From Octopus vulgaris (taxonomy: Eukaryota), in contig OX597816.1 in the NCBI GenBank assembly GCA_951406725.2, positions 161,200,001-161,264,000 of the forward strand: a DNA stretch of 64,000 nt, read 5' to 3'. The translations under genes were made by a program, and so were the position numbers. How positions within the stretch are numbered: the first letter of the stretch is position 1; each line of letters opens with the position of its first letter. This document shows, piece by piece, positions 26,328-41,255 of the stretch. The notes under the pieces are model-generated. The model was not told where the DNA came from. It worked only from the letters and a program-made list of their open reading frames with translations, and searched no databases.

Positions 26328-26399
26328 ACTTTTCATTTTTGGGTGTGCTCTTCCTCCACTTACTCCATTCTCAATAAAAGAAAGAATATATAAATATAT

Positions 26400-26765
26400 C
26401 ATCATCATCATTATCATCATCACATCGTTTAACATCTGCTCTCCATGCTGGCATGGTTTGGACAATTTGACTGAGGACTAGCGAACCAGATGGCTGCAAC
26501 AGGTTCCAATTTGATCTGGCAGAGTGTCTACAGCTGGATGCCCTTCCTAATGCCAACCACTCCAAGAGTATAGTGGGTGCTTTTATGTGCCACCAGTATG
26601 AGGGCCATTCAGGCAGTACTGGCAACAGCCATGCTCAAATGGTGTTTTTTTACGTGCCACCTGCACAGGAACCAGTCCAGCAGCGCTGGCAACAATCTCA
26701 CTCGGATGGTGCTCTTATCGCTCCACTAGCACGGATTCCAGACATCGAATTTGATTTCGATTTTG
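26400..26765 (-). mobile_element. RTE tail copy (others near 20085-20265, 27050-27230, 32050-32425, 35800-36090, 37510-37850, 39400-39870, 45470-45600, 47290-47612, 47980-48510, 49240-49445, 57020-57200)
   Basis: Shared (CAT)n-cgtttaac...ctggatgcccttcctaa(c/t)gccaaccactc...gtgggtgctttt signature. Confidence 0.85.
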
Positions 26766-27327
26766 ATATATAATTATTTCTTTATTTCTTTATTGCCCAC
26801 AGAGGGCTAAACATAGAGGGGATGAACAATGACAGACAAAGGGATAAAGTTGATTACATCGACCCCAGTGCGTAACTTGTATTTATTTAATTGATGCCGA
26901 AAAGATGAAAGGCAAAGTCGACCGCGGTGGAATTTGAACTCAGAATGTAACGGCAGATGAAATATCGCTAAGCATTTTGCCTGGCATTCTATTGATTCTG
27001 CCAGCTCGCTGCCCTTATCAATATATATATACTGACAAGACAACCACACAAGTGCTGGTGCCATGAAAAATGAACCCAGTACACTCTGTAAAGTGGTTGC
27101 TATTTGGAAGGGCATTCAACCATAGAGACCATGTCCAAAATGAGATACATTTGAGCAAGACATGGTTCTCTGACCCATTGAACTCTGTCAAACTGTCCTA
27201 TCCTTAGCAACATGAAAAACATGTAAAATTATGTAGATATAGCCCCCATTTACAAGCTGTCTAACTTTGCAATTTTTTCTTTTTACATTTTTGCTTTTCT
27301 CAATCGCTATCATTATTTTAAAATCTT

Positions 27328-27560
27328 AAGGTGGCGAGCTGGCAGAAATGTTAGCAAGCCAGGTGAAATGCTTAGTGGTGTTTTGTCTGCCATTACGTTC
27401 TGATTTCAAATTCCACCAAGGTCAACTTTGCGTTTCATCCCTTCGGGGTTGTTTAAATAAGTACTAGTTATGCACTGGTGTCGATGTAATCGATTTAATC
27501 CCTTTGTCTGTCCTTGTTTGTCCCCTCTATGTTTAGCACTATGTGGACAATAAAGAAATA
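27328..27560 (+). mobile_element. SINE family A, alternative-tail variant, 16-bp TSD
   Basis: TSD attattttaaaatctt at 27312-27327 and 27561-27576. Confidence 0.88.
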
Positions 27561-28268
27561 ATTATTTTAAAATCTTTGACTTTCCATGAAAACCAAAATC
27601 TTTATCTTTCTTCCACTCCCTTTCTTTCTCTCTCCCTCTCTTCTCTCTCTCTCTCTCTCTCACTCTCTCTTTCACATCCATGCATACACATGTATGCATA
27701 TACACATACACATATGCACACACAATATCGGTCTTTCTTTCTTGGTCTCTGTCTTATTGTCTCTGCCTTTTGATCTGTATTTCTCTCCTCCAGCTTTCCC
27801 CACCCCCAGCTTCCTTGCCAACTCTCTCATTTTATCCCTCCACCCCCATCTCTCTTTGTTTTTATATTTATCTTTTTCATTTGCTTTCTCTTTGTCTCTC
27901 TGAATCCCTTCACTTTCAGTTCACTATCTCTATCTCTCACTCTCACTAATTATCTTATCTCCCTTCCTCACTCTCACCACCCCTCACTGTCCCCTCACTC
28001 TCTCTCCTTCGTCTCTCTTTCTCTCTCTCCGTTTCTCTTTTCCTGTTTCTGTCTGATTGGCTTTCTTCTTTTTTCCACTTTCCTCTCTTTTATTCATCCT
28101 CTCTCATCTCTCTCTTTACTCTCTCCTCTTTCTCCCCTCACTCTCTCTCTCTCCCTTCACTGTCTCTCCTCTCTCATCTCTCTCCCTTCACTGTCTCTCC
28201 TCTCTCATCTCTCTCCCTTCACTGTCTCTCCTCTCTCTTCCCTTTCCCTCTCTCTCTCTCTCCTATCC

Positions 28269-28299
<31 letters not shown>

Positions 28300-30728
28300 C
28301 TTTCTTCCTGCCCTCCTATATAATCAGTATTCCTATCTCCTCTCTTAATGTTACTCCTTTCAAAGCGTCTCTGAACTTTGGAGTATATTTGTTTATTGTT
28401 GAAATTTTATAAAATGAATATTGATTTTATTACTGGATGTAGAAGTCATATTGGTAAAATGGAATATAAAAAAAAACACCAAACCAAGAGAAAAATATCA
28501 AAATAACACTGTGTAAACAAACTGTAACTAGAAACCTAAGATTAAAGGAATCTATAGATTCTTTGAGTGTGTGTGTATTTGTGTGTGTGTGTGTGTGTGT
28601 GTGCGCGGTATGCGCTTTTATTTTATTTAATACAAAGAGTTTGAATCAAATCAATGCTGCTTGGCCTGTTTGTACTTACCTGTTGCCATAAAGGAGAATA
28701 TTGTTATAAATGGTTAAAATCTAATGAAGCCTGAAAAATTGAAGACCAGTACGTATTGAGATTACAAACGCCCCTCCATACACACACGTGTGTGTGTGTA
28801 TATGTGTGTGTATGTGCGTGCTTGTATCAAGAGAGAGAGAGAGAGAGAGCACACAGGTATGCTACTTGTGTGATTCATTCTACAGCCATATAGCTTCAGG
28901 TTCCGTACAACCGCACAGCACCTAGGGCAAGTGTCTTCCACTGTAGCCTTGGGCTGATCGATGCCTTGTGAGTGAATTTCATAGATGGAAATTGTATGGA
29001 AATCCATTGTGTGTGTATTGGTGTTATGAAGGGCATCCAACCGTAAAAAAAAAATGTGCCAAAACAGACAGAAGTCTGCTGTGGTCTTCTGCCTGGTCAG
29101 CTCCTGTCAAACCATCTAACCCATGCCAGCATGGGTTAAATGATGATGATGATGATATTTATATGTGTGTCTGTGTTTTGTGGTTCTCACCTACTCCATG
29201 ACAACCAGTATTAGTTTGTTTACATCCCCATGAATTAGCCAGCAAATAGGGTGGACAGAATAGGTACCAATAAAAACAAAACAAAAATACTGGAATCAAT
29301 GTCTTTGACTAAACCCTTCATGGCCCCAGCATGGCCACACTCTGATTACCGAATAAAAGAGTATATGTAAATTTTAAATAACAACAATAAAAAAAATGTC
29401 ATACTTTGCATTTTGCTTCCGATATTGGATGTCATGTTTGGTCTTGTGATCAGAAATATGAATATGTTTTGTATGTGTGTGCATGCACGTTTGTGTGTGT
29501 GAGTGTGTGTCTGTGTGTTTGTGTTTATATTTGAATGTGTGTGACTTGTTTGTTCATATCTGACTTGCCAATACAATTTTGTGCTAAATGCTGCAGTGCT
29601 AAGGAAGATTTCCTTAATCTAAGTCTGTGATTCCTCCTTTGCATTCATGCTTGTAGCTGTTTCACTTGAGTTATTTTGCTAATACCCCTGGGAAAAGCAG
29701 GAAAGACATGCAATCCTGTTTCCTTTTGCTCGTAAACCTGATGCCTTACGTATGAAACTAGTTCTACTATCTTATGATTAATATATATAATATTTCATAT
29801 ATTGATCTATGCGTCTATATGTGTAGGTAATATGTGTTTATGTCTGTAGGTGCAGGTGTGGTTGTGTGTTAAGAAGTTTGTTTCCCAACCACATGGTTTT
29901 GGGTTCAGTCCCACTGTGTGGCACCTTATGTAGGCATCTTCTGTAGCCTCAGGCTGAGCAAAGTCTTGTGAGAGGATTTGGTAGATGGAAACTATAAGAA
30001 GCCCGTCATATGTGAAAGTGTGTGTGTGTTTGTGAGATCATCATTTAATGTCCTTTCTTCATGCAGGCGTGGATTGGATGGTTTGACAGGAGCTGACAAG
30101 AGGAGTGTATATATCTGTGTGATTTTGTGTCACTTTGTGTGGTTGCTGTAAATGAATATTATTCATTTTCAATATCCTAGAAAATGTGTCTGGTCCTAGG
30201 AAATAATATTTTGCTTGGAAACAGGTAAAGGTTGGTGACATGAAGGGCATCAAGCCATAAAAATCTGCCTCAATAATCTGCACCCAACCCATACATGCAT
30301 GGAAAAAGTGGTTAAAATGATGAAGAAGAAAATGATGATGATGATGATGATGACGACGATGACGATGATGATGTATGTGTTTGTGTGTATGTTTGCAAGT
30401 ATGTATATATGTGTGTGTAAGAATGTATGTGTAAATGAATGAATGAGAGAATGAATAATATACATTCTTCACAGAATTCAGTCCAGTCATTAACACAGTA
30501 ACAGGGCTCTTTTGTTAAAATCAAGATAGCTGCTGGGGTTTGGGGTATATGTGGGTGAATTAGTGTGTGCATACACGTGTGTGCAAGTATGCATATACTT
30601 TCACTCATGTAATGAGTGTGCATGTCTTTTTAGTCCTCAAGTATATTACTCTTTATAAATGCGTGCATATGTGTTTGTGATATGCACATCTGGTTGTGTG
30701 CATTTGTTCATTCCAAGAAACTCAAATG

Positions 30729-31417
30729 CAGTGGTTGCTTGTAGATAAAATTAGTGAGGGTGCTGCTTCAGAAAATTTTTAGCCATTGTTTTAATATTGT
30801 TTAAAAGGATCAAACATAAAAAGAAAATCTATACGTAATCTTGATCAGTTCGCGTTTTAGCCACAGCCAGGTAGTGTGTCTTATTTGTTCACTGAACACC
30901 GCTGCGAATTCCCTCTTGTTTTTCAAAAATCCCCCTTAAATCACAAAATAAAAGGGGAAAATCTATCCTATTTTTCAAATCCTGGCAGCAACATTGAAGC
31001 TAGAAGCAGGATAATAATCTAATTCTACACTTTATCACATTCAAGAAAATAAACACGTTTTTAAGCACAACACATGCCGAGTCAAAAAGAAACACTACTT
31101 TTCACCTGGTACTGTCGTTCACACAATACTCTCTCTCCCTAGTATAAAGCTTTCTATCTCAGACATGTGAGCATGTGTACAACAGCCAAACACCACATCG
31201 CTGGAACTGTACAGTGCACAATTCTATACAAGGATTTTTGTATTTTTTTCATAAACTAGAGGATGGCTACTGACATTAAGCTTAAGAATTATATAATGTA
31301 CAAATATAAAAAAAGAATTAAAGAAAAACGGACTCGTTATATTGAATGTTATCGATAATATTGAGTGGAAATTGGGAGTGCTGCAGTTCTGCAGTTCCTA
31401 TACATGAGCCATCACTG
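30729..31417. mobile_element. hAT-type non-autonomous DNA transposon
   Basis: Imperfect TIRs cagtggttgcttg / catgagccatcactg. 8-bp flanks ctcaaatg and cacaaatg (7 of 8 match). Confidence 0.6.
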
Positions 31418-31735
31418 CACAAATGGAGAATTCTTGGAATGTTTTACAAATCTTCACCGTACCACTAATCAATCATATTTAGAGATAAGGAACAATTATT
31501 TTCAGATGATGTACATATGTATGCATGTATTTTAGGTCACTTTTATTGCTACTGGTAACATATAAGTCAGTATATGGCCTGGCTGGTGGCAACTAAACCA
31601 GTAACCCTAACAAGCTTGCTTAGCAAGGTGGTTTCCATTGGATACTCTGCAGGATGGAAAAAAAGGGGTTTTGAACTCAGTAGGATCAATGGCCACCTAA
31701 CTACTGGGAGTGTGAAATAACCCCAGTTTCTAGAC

Positions 31736-32004
31736 CAGTGGTTCTCAACCAGGGTCCATGTAGCCCTTAGGGGTCCATATAAGATTTTGTTGTTAAAATT
31801 TATGGTTATACTTTCACAATACGCAAAATATTTTGATTTTTTTTATATACAATTCCTAATAATATTTCATTATTTTTTTATATATCAACCCATGCTAGCA
31901 TGGAGAACGGACGTTAAACGACGATGATGATGGTTATGGATGTCCATTAGAATAAAAATAGGAATCAAAGGGGTCCATAGGAAAAAAATTTTTGAAAACC
32001 ATTG
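31736..32004. mobile_element. hAT-Charlie-like MITE with a nested RTE terminal fragment (31886-31933)
   Basis: TIRs cagtggttctcaa / ttgaaaaccattg; internal ggggtccat repeats; left flank ttctagac fits the Charlie NTCTAGAN target. Confidence 0.65.
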
Positions 32005-34321
32005 CTCTTGAAGGAAAACTCTGATGTCACACCTACAACTTCGTTTGAAGACCTGTTGAACCAAGTGAGATTGCAGTCGTGGCTGATGCTATTGTCACTG
32101 ACACCTGTGCTGATGGCACGTAAAAAGCACCTTTTGAGTGTGGCCAATGCCAGTGCTACTTGACTGGCTCCCATGCCAGTGGGATGTAAAACGCACCATT
32201 TAAGTGTGTTCAATGCCAGTGCCATCTGACTGGCTCCCATGCTGGTGGCACGTAAAAAGCACCCACTACACTCTTGGAGTGGTTGGCATTAGGAAGGGCA
32301 TCCAGCTGTAGAAACCTTGGCAGATCAGTTTGGAGCCTGGTGCAGCCTCCCAGCTTGCCAGTCCTCAGTCAAACTGTCTAACCCATGCCAGTTTGGAAAA
32401 CAGACATTAAACAACAATGATGATAATGTGGACTAGTTCTATCTGAGCAAATGCATAGGCTGTTCAGAGAGTGGGATTGGCCTGTGCAAGGTCTTCAGGC
32501 ACAAGCATTGTTTTATTTTTAATGTTTCTATTACTATGGATACTATGGTTGGATGTTGTCAAAAACAGCAAAACACCAACTGAAAAATTCCATGATAGAA
32601 TGAAGGCATGTGTTGGTATGGTTGGTAAGCTCCCTTAAAAGCTGTTACAAGAGGCACACATTACTGTCACCTCTGTGTAAAAAGGTGTAGATTCCTAGCA
32701 GGGCTGAAAAGCTAAATCTGTAATGTTCATGTTTAAGCAATGGTATTGCTTGAAATCAAGTTGCAGACATCATATATGTGTATATGTGCATGCTTGCACA
32801 TAGTTGTAATGTATGTGTGTACGTACTTATGTATGTATGTATGTATGTATGTATGTATGTATGTATGTATGTGGGTAGGTAGGTAGGTAGGTAGGTATGT
32901 ATGTATGTAGGTAGGTAGGTAGGTAGGTAGGAAGGAAGGTAGGTGAGTAGGTAGGTAGGTGAGTTGTATGTGTGTGTGTGTGCATGCTATGAATAACTTT
33001 TCTTCTCTAGTCACAAGGCCCGAAATTTTGTGGGAAGGGGGCCAGTTGATTAGATCAACCCCAGTATGCAACTGGTACTAAATTTATTGACCCCAAAAGG
33101 ATGAAAGGCAATGTCGACCTTGGTGGAATTTGAACTCAGAACATAAAGACAGGCGGAATACCGCTAAGCATTTCACCTGGCAGGCTAACGTTTCTGCCAG
33201 CTCGCTGCTGTTATGAATAACAAAAACTAGCATAACAATGTCATCATCAACCTCTCAAGAGCAAAGGAAATGCTCTAGAAAAAAAGCGATAATGCAAGCA
33301 TCAAATCAATGAACTAGGTTGTACAAGTAATAGAAAGAATGTGCATGTGTTTATTACATTGAAGACATTCCTGTGTTTGAGTTCAGTCTTTTCTTCATAA
33401 ATGAATGTTTGTACTTCCTTAATCTTTTATGCTTCTTTTGGAACAATAAAGTTTCATAGACAATCAACATTTCCAAATCTTTTCTGTTTTAATTTTTGGA
33501 TGAAGTAACTGTAACAGTGTTTCTTTTGTTGTTGTGTTTTTATTGTTAGTAGTAAGGATCATGAAATACATAATATGAAACCAGACCAAACAGAAAAACA
33601 TTAATTACTAACACGACCATATTACATAATGTTCCATAAAACAAAATCACCAATAAATTAAAATATTAAGAATGGTAACTTTATTAATAACAAAATACAA
33701 ACCAAAAATTAACATGCAGCACAACACTAGTAATAAGCTAAGAACAGTAGGTGATGCTTATTAAAAATAATTAGAATTTATGGTTAAAATTTAAAATCTG
33801 GCAATGGTGATTTTTATCAGTAACAGTGTCTTTTCCATGATTTTTGCTGCTGACTATAAAAACAGAGCAATAAAAAATACCACTAACAACCACTTCATTT
33901 TGGTAAAGCAAAAAGCAGGGCCCTATGCAAGATTCCAACATCATGGTTTATGTGTCGTTGTTGCTGTTGTTTAAACCAAATCAGTGCTGATCAAGTAAAC
34001 CTATAATTAAGGACTCCCCCCACTGGATCATCCCATTTTGGTTTAATCCCCATCTCTAACCATCTGCTACAATTCTCTCACACTCTTATAAAATACCTCA
34101 CCCTGCTATCCCTGATCCATTGTCCATATTCTCCCTTGTACTCATCTTGTAGGTTAGGAGTTTGTTCTGGATTCTCCCTTTTCTTGCCTTGTAAATTACT
34201 TGGCAACTTCACTCACTAGGGCTGGTGCTATGATAAAAGCACCCAGTGTACTTTGTAAAGTGAGTGGACTATGAAGGACATCCAGCTATAGAAACCATGT
34301 CAAAGCCAATATTGGTACTCA

Positions 34322-34552
34322 GGGCGGCGAGCTGGCAGAATCATTAGTATGCCAGGTGAAATGCATAGCGGTATTTCATCTGTCTTTACGTTCTGAGTTC
34401 AACTTCCTCCGAGGTTGACTTTGCTTTTCTTCCATTCGGGGTCAATTAAGTAAGTACCAGTTACGTACTGGGGTCAGTGTAATTGACTTAATCCCTTTGT
34501 CTGTCCTTGTTTGTTCCCTCTATGTTTAGCCCCCAGTAGGCAATAAAGAAAT
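34322..34552 (+). mobile_element. SINE family A inserted into an older RTE tail, 14-bp TSD
   Basis: TSD aatattggtactca at 34308-34321 and 34553-34566. Confidence 0.9.
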
Positions 34553-37335
34553 AATATTGGTACTCAACACAGTCCTGTGGCTCAGTGGACTCTATCAAAC
34601 CATTGAACCCAAGCCAGAATGGAACATCATCATCATTTAGCGTCCGTTCTCCATGCTGGAACATGGATGTGAAATGATGAGGACTTCATTATCCAGCATG
34701 TTGTTACTTTTTTTTTCCTAAAAAATTAGGTATTATTTGAAGCATATTTCACTGCTATTTCTAGCAAGTCTAGCAACAACACAGTACTTTCTTCATTGGT
34801 TCACCATGGTTTATATAATTGTCTTTGGTAGATATTCTCCTGTTTATTAGCAGAAGAAAGTGATAAATCTTGTTCAATGCAAGATTAACTTTCACTCGGC
34901 TGGTGAAACAGCATTTACTGCAGACTTACAGCTGTCAAAACACTTTCTTTTCTCCTCCGTACATGTTACATAATCTAGTTATCACATAACAATCTAGCTG
35001 TCATATAATGTAGTCGTAAACTAATGTTTGAATTTAGTTACACAGAGAATACAATTCAAAAATCCTCAGTAATAACAAGATATGTTTTCATCTTGAGTAC
35101 TTTCATAATAATAATCTTTACACTGCTCATTGACTAAACTGCTACTAAGAAGATAAATCATTGAAATTAATAGCTCTCAGTCAAAACCACATTTCATTAG
35201 ACTTGAAAACTTTAGTATGGTTTGTAACAACAGAGCAGATTTTATGAGCAGCCGGGAAATGTGAGAGGTGCAGAGTATCAGGATGGACATAATTGTTAGA
35301 AAGGGTTATGATTGATTGATTGATTGATTCTAGTTTCAGCTCATGAGCTGTGGCCATGCTGGGGCAGGAAATTTTGCTGTAAACATTTTTGCCATAGGAA
35401 AATTTGTTATCATAAATTTCATTTTAAACTACTTCATCGTGTTTTGAATAAAAACTTACCTGTGTTGAATAAAGACATACCTATTTAATGTTTTTATAAA
35501 ACATTTTATCATAATTTGTTTTGTATTTTAAAAAATGTGCTTTATCATTGTCCATGTACCAAATTTGTCTTATGGAGAAATTTTCTATACATGGAAATTT
35601 CTTACGACAAATTTTCCAGACATGGTTAGAAAGGATGTGTTGCAGGACTACACTCTGATTCAAATCCCTGAATTGTTTGTAATTAGGAAATTACTTAAAT
35701 CTCACAACCAAAATTCTTTAGCAAATTTCATGCATCAATTTAATCAATGAAAAAGTGATCACCAGCTTAACAGTACAAGGGAATGTGGTCACCCATATCA
35801 TCATCATCATCATCATCATCGTTTAATGTCCATTTTCCATGCTGGCATGGGCTGGACAGTTTGAATGGGGCCTGGGAAGCCAAGAGGCTGCACCAGGCTC
35901 CAATCTGATCTGGTAATGTTTCTACATCTGGATGCCCTTCCTAATGCCAACCACTCCAAAAGTGTAGTGGATGTTTTTTACAGGGGCCAAAGTGGGCTGG
36001 TATAGACCACATTTGGATGGTGCTTTTTACATGCCACCAGCACAGGAGCCAATCGGGGTGAGAGGGCTAGCAACAACTATGTTTGGATGGTTTCCTTTTA
36101 TTGACAATGAGATAAAAAGAGAAGTCAGAAGACTAAAATGAGTAGCTGTTCATTTTGATTCTTCATATATTTATTGCTAAATGAGGGGGTATTTTTCTTC
36201 TCTTTTTTCCTTTTCCAATCTTGCAAGTTACTTGATAACCTCTCTGGTGTCAATGGCACAAGAAAGCAACTGGAATTTTAGCAGATTGAGTGATGACTTC
36301 AATAAAATCTAACCAATAAATTTATATGTAAACAACTGATGAATTTTTCAAGTGATAATATCACCACAAAGGTGGAAAGCTGGCAGAATCGTTAGCACAC
36401 CGGATGAAATAATTAGTGGTATTTCATCTGTCGCTACATTCTGAGTTCAAATTCCGCCAAGGTTGACTTTACCTTTCATCCTTTTGAGGTCGATAAATTA
36501 AGTACCAGTTGAGTACTGGGGTCGATGTAATCCCCTACATTTCAGGCCTTGTGCCTACAATAGAAAAGATAATGTCACCACAGACTGTCCAATCAGATTT
36601 GTTCTGAAGCATATAAAAACATACCAGATCTGAAGAGAAAAACAGAGAGAGAAAGAGAGAGGAAAGTCAGATGAGAATGAGGACTGGACACAATCATGCA
36701 TTAAATTAGTTGAAGCTCAATATCAGATGTTTTTCAAGGTGCAACAGAGAGATTGAACCTGAGACCATTATAGTTGGGAAGCTTGCTTCTTAACCACACA
36801 GCTATACCTGCACCAATCTTATATAAGGATATTTTGTAATGCAACTTTTTGAACTAATTGGAATTATTTTGGAAGAATTTTCAGTCAATATCTTTTTAAA
36901 ATATCAACCATGGCATTTACTTTACATACATCTACTGATTTCAGTCACTTTTGTATACAACAATTTTTATTTTAATCACCACGGTGCTTCATGCAAGAAC
37001 CACCTTGGTTCTGTGAATTCATTAACACCATATTCAAATATTTCAGTTTCCTAGTACACATCTGAAAAACCATGTGTACTTACTTGTATCCAATCTTTCT
37101 AACATATATATACAGTGTTTGTTCAATTTTGTGGTATTTTCTTATGTTGAAAGTTCTTCTTGTTGGTTTTGAGGTTTGGCTTTTACAGAAATTTGGTAAG
37201 AAATTTGCTTTTCAACAACATGGTTCTAGGTTCAGTCCCACTGCATGGCACCTTGAGCAAGTGTCTTCTACTATAGCACTTGTCCATGTGAGTGGATTCG
37301 GTAGGCAGAAATTGAAAGGAGCCCATCATATGTAT

Positions 37336-37423
<88 letters not shown>

Positions 37424-37850
37424 GCGTGTGTGTGTGTGTCTGTTTGTCCTTCCTGCACCACAACTTGACACAAACATACAAACCACATGCTGTATATAAT
37501 TTTTGTTGTATTATCATCATCATCATCATTTAGCATCCGCTTTCCATGCTGACATGGGTTGGACGGTTTGACTGAGGTCTGGAAAGCCAGTGGCTGCACC
37601 AGGCTCCAATCTGATCTGGCAATGTTTCTACAGCAGGATGCTCTTCCTAGTGCCAACCACTCCGAGAGTGTAGTGGGTGCTTTTTACGTGCTACCGACAC
37701 GGGAGCCAGTCAGGCGGCCCTGGCATCGATCTTGTTTGGATAGTGCTTTTTATGTGTCACCAGCATGGGAGCCAATCAGGTGGTACTGGCATCGGCCATG
37801 TTTGGATGGTGCTTTTTACATGCCACCAGTACAGGAGCCAGTCAGGCAGT

Positions 37851-37903
<53 letters not shown>

Positions 37904-38226
37904 AAGAGGAAATAATATATAAAATATATATATTATATGTTATTTACTAATTATTATTTAATTGAAAGCAATGTATCCATTTCCAAGTATGTATATATAC
38001 GTATATGTATTTGTATGTCTGTGTTTGTCCCCTACCATCACTTGACAACTGATGTTGGTGTGTTTACATCCTCGAAACTTAGCAGTTTGGCACAGAAGAG
38101 ACCTACAGAATAAGTACTAGACTTACAAAGAATAACTCCCTGGGTAGATTTATTCGACTAAAGGTGGTGTTCCAGCATGGCCAAATTCAACTGACTGAAA
38201 CAAGTAAAAGTAAAAGAATATGTATA

Positions 38227-38388
38227 CCATATTTTAATGTGTATAAGGAACCTCCTAAGTTTTGTGCTTAAAATTTGGAAAAAGGGTTTTGTAAGGGATT
38301 ATAATTCTATCCATATATAAGAATCTCCCCATATTTTTTTACCTAATATTTTTATAAAAAAGGGTTCCTTATACACATTAAACTATGA
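38227..38388. mobile_element. Tc1/mariner-superfamily (pogo/Tc2-like) MITE, copy 1
   Basis: TA|ccatattttaatgtgtataaggaacc ... ggttccttatacacattaaactatga. Homologous to 41351-41542 in the opposite orientation. Confidence 0.75.
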
Positions 38389-38391
38389 TGC

Positions 38392-38428
<37 letters not shown>

Positions 38429-39872
38429 AAAGTAAATAAATGGCACAACGAAGCATAGGTATAATCATCATCATCAGTTTTCCATACTGGCATTGGGTAG
38501 GATGGTTTGATAGGAGCTGGCCAGCTCCCCAGTTGGCCAGACTCCAATTGTCTGTTGTAGCCTAGTTTCCATGACTGGATGCCCTTCCTAATACCAAACC
38601 ATGTGTGTGTGTATGTTCATGTGACTTAGTTGGCCTGAGGCTATAATAGAAGACACTTGCTCAGGGTACCACACAGTAGTACTAAACCCAGAACAATGTG
38701 ATTGGAAAGCAAACTACTTACCATGTAGCCATGCCTGCATCTGTTTTTGAAAAAAGAACATTTTTGTAGGAATGCGACAGCAATAATTAATTATACATAA
38801 TTTTTTTCCTTTTATTTATCAAATACTATAAAAAATAGTTTAATTCTAATTTTGTTGATAGATTAATACAATAATTATTATACAATATGTACTTAAAGAA
38901 AACAAGTTAAAACAGGATAAAATTCAAGCAAGAATATAACATCTAAAATAATACAACAGCAAGAAAAAAATAATAAATTTTAATTTACAACCATGGCAAT
39001 TTTATATGAATGTGTGTTTATGAATATTGGTAATTATTTTCATGTTTTAAAAAGTCTGATAATATGAGTAGGTAATGTTTGTATCAATTGAATAATTTGT
39101 GTCGTAAAATCAAATGATTGTTGATAGAAATAAGAACCAAATATCTGTACATATATTTCAACTAGTAGAAATTATTTTGCTGAGACCAGACCAAAGTTCG
39201 TGTCTAACTGGATGAGGAAGACTAAACAGCTTGTTAACTAGAGTGGTGTCGTCATGCAGATGTTTCAAGAATTAGTTTTTGATTCGTTTAGTTAAAACAT
39301 GGCTTAACAGATCACTACTTCAGGTGAAATTTCTGATTGGTTTAAATAACACACATGACAAAACAGTGGAAATAAACTTATTATAGACATATCTGTACTC
39401 ATCATCATCGTTGTCGCCGTCATCGTTGTCGTCGTCGTCATCATCATCATCATCATCATCATCGTTTAACGTCCGTTGTCCATGCTGGCATGGGTTGGAC
39501 GGTTTGATTGAGACCTGGAGAGCCAGCGGCTGAACCAGGCTCCAATCTGATCTGGCAATGTTTCTACAGCTGGATGCCCTTCCTAACACCAACCACTCAG
39601 AGAGTGTAGTGGGTGCTTTTTACATGCCACCAGCATGGGAGCCAGTCAGGGGGCACTGGTATCGACCATGTTTCGATTGTGCCACTGGCACAGGAGCCAG
39701 TCAGGCGGGCCTGGCATCAATCACGTTTGGATAGTGCTTTTTACATGCCACCAGCATGGGAGCTAGTCAGGCAGACCTGGCATTGATCACATTCAGATGG
39801 TGCATTTTACGTGCCACTGGCATAGGAGCCAGTCAGGGGGCACTAGCCTCAAGCACGTTTGGATGGTGCTTC

Positions 39873-40781
39873 GAGTAGGGTACCCAAAAGAAACCAGTAT
39901 TTTGCAATATTATTTTATTCACTTAGTTTTACATGTTTACATTTTTATCACCTTTAAAGTATTCTCCATTTGAAGCAATGCATTAGTCCAGGTGCATTGT
40001 CCACTGTTCAAAGCAGTGCTGGAACTCTTGCAAAGTGATGCCTTTTAACACCTCTGTCGTTTTTTTCTTCACCTCTTTCACATCTGCAAATTCCGTAGTA
40101 CCAGCTTTTGTCACCAGTGGTGACCTTCAAAAAAAAGGTCTGGATTAATTTCCACCTGTTCTTTCATTTCAGTACATGCATTCAGTCATGACTGTTTTTG
40201 ATCTTCCATGAGCAAGTAAAGCACAAATTTTGCTGCAACTCTTTTCATTTACAATTCCTCACTCAAAATTCGTTGTCAGAAGCTCCATGACACACCAGTC
40301 CTATTAACAACTTCATCAATTGTTCAGTGATGGTACTCCAAGATCAGTTCATAAATTTTCATGATGTTTATCTTTGTTTGGGAGGTTGATGGATGCCCTA
40401 GATGAGGTTGGTCTTCAAGCAAGAAGTGACATATCCTAAAGTGTGAAAACTACTCATAAACTTGTGTTTTGCTCATGGCAGTGCCCTTGTATGCTGTTAG
40501 AAGCATGACAGCTGTTTCGGCCACCGTTTTCCCCAGTAGAAAACAGAATTTCATGGAAGCACACTGTTCCTTTGTTTCAGCCATTGCAAAAATTGACGAA
40601 CAGGGGAGAAGCACTACAAAGCAAAGATGCACCACATGGCAGCAGGACTACACTCGATGCTGCCAGTCAGCATACTGATGCCTGAATGTCACATCAAGTG
40701 GGTTCTAGCAGCAGAAGCCTGAACTACAACCAGCTTGTCCCATAGAGAATGTTTCTAGTTACTTTTGGGTACCCCTTCATA
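39873..40781 (-). mobile_element. Internally deleted mariner transposon with both TIRs
   Basis: TIR core gggtacccaaaag at 39878-39890 and its complement at 40762-40774. N-terminus MAETKEQCASMKFCFLLGKTVAETAVMLLTAYKGTAMSKTQVYE (HTH). VTTGDKSWYYG is fused to the C-terminus FADVKEVKKKTTEVLKGITLQEFQHCFEQW...CIASNGEYF. Confidence 0.88.
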
Positions 40782-40898
40782 TATTCTTTTCTACTCTAGG
40801 CAGAAGGCCTGAAATTTTTGGGGAGGAGGCCAGTCAATTTGATCGACACCCCGTACACAACTGGTACTTAATTTTCTGCTGATTAAATAATACACATT

Positions 40899-40933
<35 letters not shown>

Positions 40934-40939
40934 GTGGTG

Positions 40940-41255
40940 AAGGTGCGTGGCTCAGTGGGTTAGCGTATTTGGCTCACAATCATAATGTTGTGAGTTCAAT
41001 GTCTGGTGGTGTGCTGTGTCCTCCTTGAGTAAGATGCTTTATTTCATGTTGCTCCTGTCCACTCAGGTGGCAAAAACGAGGAGTATCTGTAATTCAAAGA
41101 GCCAGCCTTGTCCCATTCTGCATCACGCCGAATCTCCCTGAGAACTATGTTAATGGTTACAAGCATTTGTGGAGTGCTTAGCTGCTTGAACATTAATTTC
41201 ATGAGCATTCTGTTCCATTGCTCGATCAACCAGAACACTTGCCATTATAACCAAC
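40940..41255 (+). mobile_element. tRNA-derived SINE (head B2 + tail X)
   Basis: tggctcagtggg...gtgagttcaatg...cttgagtaagatgctttatttcatgttgctcc, then gccagccttgtc...gagaactatgttaa. Confidence 0.8.

Noticed and set aside
35365-35620. Possible MITE with gaaattttg-type subterminal repeats
   Set aside because: Only short imperfect inverted matches and no TSD.
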